NCBI RefSeq assembly: GCF_006345805.1
Contig: NC_043008.1
Location: 2,108,001-2,172,000, forward strand
DNA from: Octopus sinensis
Lineage: Eukaryota
Reading direction: 5' to 3'
Length of the DNA: 64,000 nt
Shown here: piece after piece, positions 1 to 12,197 of the stretch
Layout of the letters: each line of letters starts with the position of its first letter
How positions within the stretch are numbered: the stretch's first letter is position 1
Notes under the pieces: generated by a model
Told to the model about the DNA's origin: nothing
The model's input: the letters and a program-made list of their open reading frames with translations, nothing else
Databases searched by the model: none
Made by a program: the position numbers and the translations under genes

Positions 1-307
1 ACAACTTGTTCGTGTTAATGTGTGGCTAAGTCAGATGTTTTAAAGCAACAAATGTACTAAGAGCAAAATATTACAGCATATAAGGAAACAAAAATAAAAT
101 CACACAGAACCTAGACACACACACACACACTCACACTCATACAGAGTATCACAAACAAACACCACACATAAACACACATGCACACCTACTAGTAAAAAAA
201 TATATATATTCTATTGTTCTTTAAATGTTTTCAGTTATATGACTGCAGCGCAGCTGGATTACTGCCTTGAATTATTTTCAATTCTGACACCTTTTTACGA
301 CCTGAAG

Positions 308-1000
308 TCAGTTTATGGCTGTGTTAGTAGCAGCTGATTTTCCCTGAGCGTATATATGCTTAAAAGTTTGGCTTGCCCTGTATTGCCATAGAGAATTTAT
401 CCAATATATTTTCCTTACTGTTTTAGTAGAGGACCATTTTATATTTCTGATTTCTTTCGGTAGGCAGATCAACACGCAAAGACCTCTGAATATCAGACTG
501 GAAGAAGTGAGTGTTCGAAGGTGATATATTAGAAAGCTGAGAGTATGTGCCATCGGATGTTAAATTTCCCTCTAATTCCGATATTTGGAACATGCTGCTT
601 CAAACTTTTCCAAGGGATTAGACACGCTCAGCTTTCAAACGTTCCTAGTAATGAAAGTTTTTAATCGAAGTTATTTTCTGGCTAACATAACTTGTAACCC
701 TTCATTTTTTCCCATGTGATCGAATGTGCTCGAACACCAAAGCTGTAGATGTAAGCAATAATCTAATCTGGTTTAAACTAAGGTTTTCTATAGAGTCAGC
801 ATTCCTACCATTTCTCTTGTCATAAAGATTTGCAGGATTCATCCTGTGAGGTGTCTGTATTTAGATGTCAGTTTGGTGATATAGCTGATAGAATGTTCAT
901 CATTGGATATAACTATCGTTAAGTCTAGCATGTAATTAGCGCTCTGAATCGTACTGTTCTATGGTGTCAAATTGTGCGATCTGTATGGATTCACCTTGGA
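308..1000 (-). mobile_element. Decayed non-LTR retrotransposon (LINE) RT/C-terminal relic
   Basis: Minus-strand translation gives AQFDTIEQ (~SAFDTIDR RT motif) near 960-975, and ORF 308..553 gives IRNIKWSSTKTVRKIYWINSLWQYR, resembling LINE ORF2 C-termini. Many stops and frameshifts; clade not assignable by eye. Confidence 0.4.
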
Positions 1001-1404
1001 ATGAAGAACCTGACATTTTCATTCATTAAATTGCATTTTTTCTTAATTTAAAGTTTTTAAAAAACTTTGTATCAACAGCGTGATCTGTAACTTTCACTCA
1101 CTGCATTTCCGAGCTTATGCCAGATTGAGTGATGGTAAATGTTGTTGAAATTTCAATGAAGGATCTTGGATCTTGGTAAGAAACCTTTTCTTTATCTATT
1201 TGCAAGAAAGCTTGAAATAAAACTGAATAATGGCATGCATACATACATGCATACATAGATGCATACGTACATACATACATATATATGCGTGCATAATGCG
1301 CCCAAAAGATCATTCACAAAAAATTATATATGGCTCGTTTTGATTACCGGAATTGGCTGGACAAGTCAGATGTTATTCCTCCCACGCCACTATGAGTGCT
1401 TTAT

Positions 1405-1470
1405 CAGTTATATGATTGAATCCAGAACCGTGTGGTTGGTAAGCAAGCTACTTACCACACAGCTACATTT
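1405..1470 (-). mobile_element. SINE family A, 5' tRNA-like head fragment
   Basis: gaatccagaaccgtgtggttggtaagcaagctacttaccacacagc is the reverse complement of the head of the full copies at 15601 and 57121. Confidence 0.8.
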
Positions 1471-2802
1471 TACCTCCATGAATTTTATGAAGCAGAAAAT
1501 CTTTTTCATTTAAACTTGTACTTAAATCATCACAAAGAATATAATATAGAGTAGAGACTATGGTAGTTAATGTTTTTCGGTGGTTTTTCAACAGTGATTA
1601 TTAGAAAAACCATATGAAATATCCAGCATTGGGATATTTACTGAATAATATAATAACACATGATATTATAAAGTGATTTATGAAAATGAATGTTCTCATT
1701 TAATTTGCCTTTCTTAAGATCAATAGATAGAAATAAGTGAAAATTATGCTATTTTTAATATTTAATTTGTCATATTGTCCAGCCAGAAGGGAGGTGAATA
1801 AAATAATGCTCTAAATCAAATATAATACACTGTATTTCAATTTGTCCTCCATTTCTGTAGAGTTTATTGAAATATTTGTTAATATAAATCGATCCGACTC
1901 TTATCTCATTGACAATTCAATCAACAAGTCATATATATGTATATATATATTATTTTTTTCTAGTCATTTAAAGGAGAAGAAATTATAGTTAAACAAAATT
2001 ATGTCTGATTAATCTTTATGAAAGATAGCTGGCAATTATCTAAATACTACATCTAAAGAGATTTTTTTAAAAAGTATGTTGCTTGTTTTATTTTCCTTCT
2101 TTTTTGAGGTTAATTATAAACGTTTCACTTTCTTCACTTTTTCGTTCTTATTTTAATTACTTGTGAATAACACTAAGAAATAGCTGTAAGGTATATGTGC
2201 AATAAAATTTTAGAGATAGTATTTGTGTGAAAATTATATTTTTCGTTGGAATGGAACAAAAGAAATGTACAGAACAAGACATGCAATGGAAAATAACAAA
2301 ACAATATAAATGCATTGATATACTTGTTTCCTTACTTTGTCACTATAAAGTAAATTTAATTAGTATATCTTGTCAAGATTTAATTACCTTATTATCAGTA
2401 CTTTCCAAACTTTATCTTCAACTACAGATGTTTCAACAATTATACAAACTCTCTCAAATAACACTAATATCTCTATAATACCCATTAGCTCTTTCGTTTC
2501 TTCTTTTGCATGTATGTGTGTGGATGTGCATGCAAACAGACAAAGAGAGAGAGAACGACAGCAGAGGACGTCACATGTGCAGACACACGCGAGTATATGT
2601 ATAATACGTTTCACTTCCTATGCAAAAATATAACTGAAGTTTATTATCCGAATACATACAGATAATGTATTATGACGCAGGTAAGAGCTGAAGAATATAT
2701 TTACATGTTAGAACGATTTATGATCGGTCCATTTAGTTTAGTTTCGTTTCATATAACTTGACTGCGTCATATAGTGAGCTGTATTATTATTATCATTTTT
2801 CA

Positions 2803-2940
2803 GTTGGCGAACTGTCGCAATCGTTAGCTCGCCGAGCAACATTCTTTTGTCTTTAGGTTCTAAGTTTAAATTTCATAGAGATCTGCTTTACGTTTTACCC
2901 TACTGAAATCGATGAAATAAGCAGCAATCAAGGACTAGGG
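2803..2940 (+). mobile_element. SINE family B, diverged copy
   Basis: ggcgaactgtcgcaatcgttagctcgccg...gttctaagtttaaatt matches the family B head (cf. 38114 and 57492). Confidence 0.6.
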
Positions 2941-3094
2941 CTTTTTTGCCGAACCGTTAGTCCACACAAATTCTTTGCACTCCAAAAATACCGTTCCTTG
3001 CCAAATATTATACCACCTAAGCTAATATCACTTTGGTTCGCTTCAAACCATTGCAGTATGCAATATCTTAAGTATAGCTGCAGAGACTCTTTTC

Positions 3095-3209
3095 AGGAAG
3101 AAAACACCAGATGGAAATGAAATCCAGATTGTAGAAACACGTGTCGGACAGACACAAAATAAGCATACTGCTTAACTGACTGCAGTAATAAAGGATGTAT
3201 TGCACTGTC

Positions 3210-3277
<68 letters not shown>

Positions 3278-3410
3278 TTTTACTTGATTCAATCCCATGC
3301 CATTATTTGGCCCGTGGTTATAATAGGAGATACCTTCCAAAGTAACTGCGCAGTGGGAGAGAACTTGATAACACATGGCTGCAAAGCTAGCCTCTATTAG
3401 TTTAGCGCTT
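3095..3410 (-). mobile_element. Highly diverged SINE family A copy containing (TA)n(GA)n
   Basis: ggcccgtggttataataggagataccttccaaagtaactgcgcagtggga aligns loosely to the family A antisense; internal microsatellite at 3211-3272, as in other family A copies. Confidence 0.5.
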
Positions 3411-5123
3411 CTCCTAAAACAAGAAGTTTAAATATTCCTAATATTCACCAGCCTTATTGTTATGTGTGTGTAACACATGGTCATGTTTATTACACCCAAT
3501 GTGTTTTTTTGTTTTTTGTTCTTTTTCCAAATGAATCTGCGCTATCAGGAATATTTAGGAATAAATGGAGAACGGAAAAATACAGTAAGTTACAGGCACC
3601 TCTTTTCGTTGAGATTTTGAATGTATCGATTGAGCGAAACAATAACACTAAGCAATTGCTGCTGTTTAGAATTTTTCATGTCTTTCCTTTAGCCTTCATT
3701 CCATCTTTATTTTACAGCCGCGCTACTGAAAATGATGCCAACGAATAAACTACTAACGAAATACAAGAAAAAAAGTGCAAGGCAAAAAATAATGCGTTGC
3801 AGTATTCTTTATTCTACGGATTTTTAGACTGTAATGGAGCACTCATATTATCCATTGATTGTTCACAGACAACAAACTATCCTTTGATACATCACGGGAC
3901 CTTAAGATATAAATACAACGATGAACAGAGAACATCAGATACCACACATGTATACACTTGCTCTTAATGCATGCGCACTCACACACGCATGCGATTAATG
4001 GAAATTTAATAAGCATATAAATATGTATAGAGGTAAAAATGAGAAGAAATTCTGGTGTCTTCAAAGGCTGAACATGAAGTGAAGAAAATGAAATGAGAGA
4101 ATCGGTACAGAAATGAGCATAACAGTATATTCATTATGTGAATCTCATATAAAAAAAAAAGAAAAAGTTTCTTATTTTGATGGTGATACTATCGGATGGA
4201 ATGCTTGCCATTCTCATTTCTTCACCTGAAAACAATTTTCCCAGCTCATCAATATCAGGAATGAGTGAGAAACCATCACAAGAGCCAAACAAAAACAACA
4301 TAAATATAAAAATGGAATAATAAAACAACTGACAAAATTAAGTCCTTTGTTTCTACTTTACATAATAACCTGTACAATTATTTGTATACTTTTTACGTTC
4401 ATATTCAATAGTTTTTTTCGTCTCTTTCTTATAAGCCAGCTAAACCGCTATATGAAAATTTCATGTGTTTAACATACTTTTATAGTTTTATGTTTTTTGT
4501 TAAGATATTGATATATTATTAACATACAGGATTCTATCTTGAACATTAACGAATATAAAGCCTGCAGCCTTTAATTTATCACTTGCGGTTTCATTTCATC
4601 TTGCAGAACTCTTCTTCATCGACGTTAATTGTGTTGATTTCACATATGGGGCAGCGTTTTGTAATCAAGCCAAGTTTTCCGTTTGATCAAAGCATTATAT
4701 ATGGATGGAGCCAGGAAATACCACCATGATAAATATTCATGCACAAAAAATATAGCAAATTTGTAATACAAGAGTACACTGAGGGAACCATCAAACTTGC
4801 CTTAATAAATATAACAAAGGATAGAATAAACATGAACGGAGAGAAGAAACGCATTGCTCATATTCAATTTATGCTGACAGCTTATTATGGAGATATTATT
4901 CAATTTTGGAGGCTCAACAGTAAAACCTATAAGCTGATGGAAGGCTAGTTCGGCAGTTGACTGTAGTAAATATATTGTTGCTTCCCAACTCTTTCAATAT
5001 TTCGTTTATAATCAGAAAATTTCCATCTATAAATGAACATCTATACATGCAGAGACAAACATAAATTCATGTACACATATATACATATACTCGTATGTAC
5101 ACATACTAATAAGCACATACAAA

Positions 5124-5174
<51 letters not shown>

Positions 5175-5799
5175 AATATGTATGCACATGTTTAGAAGTG
5201 TTTTATGTTCATGTGTGTATATTTGTATATGAATTTATGTGTGTGTTTATGCGTGTAAACATTTGAAATAAGAAGGCTACAAGAACATCCGCGTCTAAAT
5301 TACTGCCGTAATACCAGTCGTCCATCGATGCCAATTTGCAAAAACAAAAAACAAAATAAACCATATGTAACTGCGATTATGATATATTATATTGTAAATC
5401 CCGATAGCTATTCATTTCCAGGGATAACCAAGGATAACTGGTGCTTTTGCTAATAAATATTACTTTATATGTTGTACGTCTTATTACAATAAGCGGCTGA
5501 CACGGTGTTTTTACCACTGTCTGTCTATAGCAAGAACTTGTCTCCATGAGAAAATACAGTGAACGGATTTCTGACAGGTTCTAACATGTTTCGAACTTAC
5601 TTGAACTGGGAACAAGTTTGTATTCATATACATCACTGCTTACCGATGTCGCCCCGTCTTCGGTTTTAGATGAGCGCAACCAGGTACTGAATAATGATGG
5701 GAATACCATAAGAGAGATTTGTTTCATATGTGAGTTCGCAGCTTCTGCCTATTCCGAAACGCATGACTCCCACAGTCTGATTCTTGGGCACTGTCAGCG

Positions 5800-6376
5800 A
5801 CTCATTGTATTTAGGCCTACTATTATTCATGACAAAATGCACCCAATGGCTCTCTACGTTGTCGTCGTCCAACTCGAAGGCCAGTTCTAACCGCTCGCCA
5901 CCGTCAGGCACGACTACAGGAGGCTACACAACACCGACATTGACAGCATCAACAATGGAAATCGATACTCTCTGTTGACGAGAGCTTGTTCTGAGTTTCC
6001 ACCTCGGATGGAAGAGTGAGCCACGTTTATACCAACCATTGGCATTACTGGACACTATTTGGGTATAGCAGCTAATGACTTCTAGAGAAGAAACTCCCAG
6101 CATATGCACTCGTCCAGATTCGGGGACAGAGAGAACGCTACTTCTCTGTCTCGTTTTCTCTGGAGACTTCGTGACCTCCGAGACGAAGCACCAAGGATCA
6201 AAGGGACTTCTCTCGACAGTCCGCCACCATATTCACCCGACGCACCAATTGTCAGAGCTACCTCGGTGAAAATCTGCATATGCTCCAACAACCCGCAGTA
6301 TCCATCAACAAGGAATACACTTTATCTCATTGCTGTCACCATAGGTATGCCCTTGTGGAAAGTTTCAGGCCCCTGA
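5800..6376 (+). mobile_element. Decayed Penelope-like element, GIY-YIG endonuclease region
   Basis: Translation across frameshifts: (L)DGRVSHVY...HYLGIAANDF*RRNSQHMHSSRFGDRENATSLSRFLWRLRD...CQSYLGENLH. This matches the PLE pattern LDG..VY..YIG.T..FK.R...H..SF......T.LS..IW.LKD...C.LCL.EK. In-frame TAG at 6083. Confidence 0.75.
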
Positions 6377-6559
6377 CTGCCAACAAGTCGAATATAACAT
6401 CTTAGTACCAGCTGCTACACTAAAAACACTTGCAGCAAGGTCACTGCTACCAGCCAACCACATGAACAAGACCGCCAATTACCAGTCCCCAAATCTTACC
6501 AATTCCTAACTCTTACCACTCCCCAACGCTTACCTATTCCTAACTCTTGTTATGCACTT

Positions 6560-6790
6560 GTATAACACATGCATGCGCGTGACCTACTACGTATGAGCAC
6601 GTACATGCATGTGTACGCGAACACTGTTATGCATACGTAGATGCATACATGCGTATATGCATATGTACATATAAGTGAATAGCACGTGTGTGGACGCGTG
6701 CGCGCGTGTACGTTCATATATTTGTGGACGTGCGCCTGTGCGCCCATGTACACATGCGAACGCTCGTATCAATACAGACATAAACGCATG
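6560..6790. repeat. Irregular alternating purine-pyrimidine tract, CpG-rich
   Basis: Near-continuous RY alternation, e.g. gtgtgtggacgcgtgcgcgcgtgtacg and catgcatgcgcgtg. Confidence 0.7.
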
Positions 6791-6808
6791 TTGCAGGTGC
6801 GCAGTCCT

Positions 6809-6930
6809 GGGGTCAGGTTTTTCTTAGACTTTACGCTAGACTTACAAATCAAAACCTTCTACCCACACCGCCAACTTGGGGAAAACCTCCACTTCGTGAA
6901 CTTCTCTTCCACCCACCCGCCTCCATATCT
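6809..6930 (+). mobile_element. Penelope-like RT C-terminal fragment (motif 7 to HPP)
   Basis: GVRFFLDFTLDLQIKTFYPHRQLGENLHFVNFSSTHPPP matches the PLE consensus VNFLDVTLDL.TGTYYPYRKPN..PLYIH..SNHPP. Confidence 0.7.
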
Positions 6931-7514
6931 GCATGTATATGGATAAAGAGATTGAGAGAGATAGAGAAGGCTGAGAGAGAGACATTTAATGTGTACAGGA
7001 GACAGGTTATTGTAATTATTTCGCATGTGTGTATATTTCAATATATGCCTATTTAGAAAAGGATAAAACGAATCAATAAACAAAACGCTTGACCAGTCCG
7101 TCATGCACCGCCAGTTCACTGCAGTAGTTCTATGTTGAAATGTACAAGTTTGCTCCTGGGACAAGAAAAAAGCTAATTTTCAGTAACTTAAGATTCCTCT
7201 TATTAAATACATAATTTTAACGATGAATAAAGATAAGCTATGCCCCAAATCATTCATAACTCTTCTTAGAAATATTCCTCTATAACCTTCAATTTTCAAA
7301 GACAATTATCGCTATATCCAGACGAAGGGATACTCAACACTATGTAAACTGGAAACAATTTAAGCATCTTACCCACGCCTGAACAGCGCAGCTTAAGCGA
7401 AACATCAGTCATAAATGTATGAAAAATGTCCCACCAACATATTCATTTCCATATAAGGTAATGTTTACGGTATCTGAAATATATTGTTAATGTTACCTGT
7501 AAGGAAAGACGACG

Positions 7515-7735
7515 TGTTGACAGAAGAATTAGAACGCCAGGCAAAAGGCTAAGTAGCATTTCGTCCGTCTTTACTTCCTGAGTTGAAATGCTGCCGGGGT
7601 CAGCTTTGCCTTTCATCATTTCGGGGTCTATATTATTATTAACATTTGGAAACTCATATCAATTTAATCGATTCATCCGACACACGCCCCCAAAATTGCT
7701 CACCTTGTGCCAAAATCTGAAGCCAGCATTGCTTA
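7515..7735 (+). mobile_element. SINE family B copy
   Basis: ttgacagaagaattagaacgccaggc...tgagttgaaatgctgccggggtcagctttgcctttcatcatttcggggtc...cccccaaaattgctcaccttgtgccaaaatctgaa. Confidence 0.75.
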
Positions 7736-8299
7736 CAGCTATTACACCACCACTTTTATAGTGAGATACACATAAATATACAGTGTGTGTCCTAAATCAC
7801 CTGGGGGAAATAAAGTCTAGCAGCACTCCCCTGACAAAGCCGCCGTCCATAAGACACTCAAATAATTATTCACTCAAGACAAATAAATGTCATTAATTTT
7901 CACAAATTAGAAAGAATTTAATTCATATCCATACACTGGACTACCAAAATCATCGTATTGAAAATATTTTTAGACCAGTGATTTAAATGCACGGCATAAT
8001 TACAGGGTAATTTAGACTAACCATTATATTTTATACGGTACAGGTAGAGTGCCTTTAAGATTTGCAGTCTTCCTATGAGAGACAGGGATTTAGGACCTTT
8101 GAGTATTAAAGTAGTTGAAGGAAATCTTCATACACTTTGGTATTGTATGTGTGTTTGTTTATTTATTAACACAAATCCTGCTGAGGCCGACACTGCATTT
8201 CAGTAGGGCGCTTGGAACGAATTCCCTAACCCTAACCCATCCGAAACTGCTGGTCTTATTCCAAAATGTTTGAATGAACACATACAGAAGCACACGCAA

Positions 8300-9150
8300 C
8301 GATCACGTGTCACAAGAGAAGCAAAACAAAACGAAAACACAAATAAAACGATTTTCCGCAAAGAAACAGTTAAAGGGGCAAAAGTTCACTGAGTTTAAAA
8401 CAACACTAAACAGTTATGCTCAGATATGAAAGACATTTGGAAATTAATGAAGGTGGGGCTATATTGATGTAAATAAATTAAGTGATGTGCGTAGAAATAT
8501 CATAAAGTACAAAGCATTAACTGACGCTGATCATATTAAGACTCAAATATCTAGTGGTGGACCCTATAAAAGCAGCAACCATACATATATAATAGGAAAC
8601 GGAGACACAGGGCATAGTTTAAGGGCAAGAAATCTGAATAACGCAACAGCTGACTAAAGAATAGCGAAGATATGAAATGACACAGGTATGAGAGAATTTG
8701 AAGTGAATAAAAGATAAAATATTAAGGAATCTGTGGAATCCGCGATTAATGTTTAAAAACGGCGCAAACAACATCAGGAAAACCATGATCCATAAATTTG
8801 TTTTAGACCTTAAGAAAAAATCTAAGACCTTGCTCTTAGATCTTAAGAAACAATGAAAATGATTTAACAACCTTAAATAATATTTTCTGTTCCATTGCTA
8901 AAGTAATACCTGCTCAACTGACAAGAAAAAAAGACCATACATTTCAATAAACCCCTTAAGTGGGAAGTAGCAATAGAAAAACAGATTGGATCTCTGCTGA
9001 TGGATGTAACGATGCTAGGCGAGTGAATATTAAAACAAAATAAAAAATTCTAGAAAACCCAAGCAAAAACATCATAGCAAATATCGTATAAACCTCGATG
9101 CGCTTAAAGAATACTTAGAACAGGTTATACAATATCAAAAATTGATGCAA
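8300..9150 (+). mobile_element. R4/Dong-type (REL-endonuclease) LINE relic, N-terminal ORF region
   Basis: Fragments LTTLNNIFCSIAKVI, PLKWEVAIEKQIGSLLMDVTMLGE and KYRINLDALKEYLEQVIQ follow the order and pattern of R4/Dong ORFs (TN.LIY..A.V; PPW..RIEK.I..LR.D.S.L; KY.I.....LKQ). Frame is broken. Confidence 0.5.
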
Positions 9151-9202
9151 AATATGGAAACTGGCAAAAGTAAGATTGCGGTACAGGAACAACCAAAAAT
9201 TG

Positions 9203-9277
9203 ATGAACTTAGAACGTAAGGACGGACGAATTGCTGCTAAGTATATCGCCACGCGTGCTAACGATTCTGCCAGATAT
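9203..9277 (-). mobile_element. SINE family B head fragment
   Basis: Reverse complement reads ctggcagaatcgttagcacgcg...tcgtccgtccttacgttctaagttc. Confidence 0.7.
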
Positions 9278-12197
9278 ACAAAGTACCGTACCTGTGTTTA
9301 ACAGAAATACATGAAAAAAGCTGATTGCAAATCCCTAACTGAGTGTCATTAATTATGCATTTATTTGTGTGTAGCTATTAAGTATTCAAATATAGAATTG
9401 CTACATATATGACAGTATCATAATATGACACATAAGACGACTCTATCATAACAAGGCACCGTCGTATAATATGACACTGTCAAATGTATATATAGCACTA
9501 TCATAAGAAAAATTTTGAATAAAAATATGCGTCAAAAGTGAAGAGAAGAGAGAAAATGATGTTTCCTCACACAATACGTGGCTCTATATACGTTAAGAGT
9601 TCAATAGGTTATTTATTAAATATTATTTGATAATCTTAAATTACCTGCATATAGGTTAAATAAGAAGACTATAACTATTCTCTTAGGAAATCACTGGCAG
9701 CTTGAAATCAAAAATAATATGCTTGGTGAAATGACAAAATACATCATTCCTGACATGTTTTTTTTTTCAATTTCCTTTCTTCTTACAGAATTCTCTTATA
9801 TATCATTTCCCGAATTATACATGTATTCCTATTAACTGTAATAGACTTGCCTGTTTCGGTCACCTACTCTCCCTCTCGTCCACCCTCTATCTCTATTTCA
9901 CGCTTGTTATCTTCCTCGCACACACATCGCACGCATATAAAGGAATACACTCCATCACAAACACATTCACACACTCACAAACACTCATATATAGGTAGAA
10001 GATTTCCCATTATTCATTTTGGGTTGAAAATATGTGTATCAGCGATTCGTTTTTTATGACACGATGTATTGCATTGTAATCGCATTTCTTAAGTGTGTGC
10101 TTATTAACAAGGTATCATAATCGCAGTATAATTGCAAGAGTCATTAAGTTCACACGTTTCACGTATGCTATCAAAATTAGTTTTGACACCAGCTTTTACA
10201 TATTGTTCACAGGCTTACGTTTCCCAGAATGAATTTTGTAATCCATTTTAACAAACGTTTTACTTTGGGCATTTTTCTAGTTTACTTATATTGTTACTTA
10301 CTATGCATCATGGCGTAATGCATTTCGAGATTATTTTTTTAATATAATTTTAATAAAGTGCTTATTTTTCTAGCTTGAATACATTTGAGTCACGATTTTA
10401 CTATACTTCCTGTTCGTGTTTTTTTTAGTATATACCATACCTAACGTTTGTCATGCCGTGTATTTGTCCTTTTGTTGTGCGAATATTTGATCTAATAAAT
10501 ATTATTGCAAAGGTACATAATTGTTTTTTCTTTCAATATATAGGTTTTTGGTATAGTTTATTGCACAATATATCGTTATTTGTATACACGTTTTATTTCA
10601 TGGGGAATTAACACTATCTCTAGGTTGTCACAAGAATATTTACACTCGTACTAAATAACACATACTTAAGAAGACAAAGTTTTTAGGGACAGGTTCTAGT
10701 ATAAGTTATAAAGTATAACTTAATATTAAAACAGAGGTTCCTACAATATGGAGAACATCAGATTGGACTATTGATGATCAAGTAGTTACAGTTCACTTTC
10801 CTTAGATACCACAGGTGTTGCTAATGTGCACATGGGTTCAAAATCTCAGGGCTGTATATTTGTGTTTACCGTTTCAAAAGTGCCATTTCTTTTCTTTAAA
10901 ATAGTTGGTCACTAATCGAATACTCCTTGACTGCTATGTCTAACCGTCTTAACATTACAATAGAGACAACTATGGTGGGTGGCAATTTTGTCATGGGAAT
11001 ATAGTTGCTGCCAATAATGATGCTGGTGGCACCATGCAGTATAATGACGATGAAGGTTTTAGTCTGAAAATTTCATCTTTGATAAATAAATCTCATGAAT
11101 TCTCTAAATATGAAATACGGTTCAAATTATATTTTCCTCAGGAAACGATGTGGATACCGAGCAAAAATATAGTCACTTTTTTATATAACACAAAAGCATC
11201 TTCTAACACGTAGTGTAAATGAATAGTGATGGAATATTTTGCCTGGGGAAGACTCCTGTCTTATTGGTCAATGAATTGCATGTATTCAATAGAAGACACG
11301 TACACAAGGATTAAGATGATAGAGTTGTTGTAACATAGTATCCTGCTTTTGTTGCGTCTTTGCGATTTGTGGAAGAAGAACTTTCGCCTTCTCTGAGTCA
11401 CCACGGAAGTATTCCCGTGGAGGAGATCGACTAAAACGTATTGCTTTAGGAGGAAATTCGATAAAGATTGAAATCCGGCGAGCTTAAAATATAAACAATG
11501 AACAGAATTGTCATGTTCCCTTAAACATTATAATCACCTCTTGTATGTTCTAATGGATGTGTGTGTGTATGTATGTATATCTATATATATATATGTGTAT
11601 GTGTGTGTGTATATATATATAACTCCAAGGAGATATATTAAAACATGAGAAATAATGCTAATATTTTTTAATTCGTAAATTGCTCTGGCGTTTACAGCAT
11701 TGAACCCAACTTGTATTTAAATCTATATATAAAATTAACTTTTGTATACTCATTCAGTGCTAATCGGATTAGTTGGATTTTCATCCTTCCACACTGATTT
11801 TTATTTCAAAAGTATAGACATCTTTGGAACATTTCTTATTGACGAAATATTTCCTCTTTTGGTTTCTTTTTTGTTTCATGACAAAGAAGAGAAAATATGT
11901 TTATTTCATGCTTTGAGGACTAATAAATTTGGGCTATTCCCCTCAGGGAGAGCTGTTCTCAGTTTTAAAATATGTGCCCTGTAAGGAAAATTTAGAGTTG
12001 CGGGTACCGCACTGCGATTGGGTTATTGGCAAACATGTTTAGTGACAGAGCTTAGAACAGAAATCGGTCGAATTGACACTAGCATCAACAAAACTTTTTT
12101 CCCGATGTTGGGCAGTTTCCTCGTTTACAAAACCTTGTGTTATATTTATGGGGTCTTAAATAACAAATTAGCAGGTAGAATATCCTTGGGGTAGCTG

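Noticed and set aside
4134-4328. ORF resembling signal peptide + short peptide (IFIFMLFLFGSCDG-FSLIPDIDELGK)
   Set aside because: It starts at TTG; the first ATG leaves too short a hydrophobic core; it ends in a homopolymer-derived poly-F; no recognisable family.
8224-8238. CCCTAA x2.5 telomere-like repeat
   Set aside because: Too short to call an interstitial telomere; expected inside dispersed repeats.
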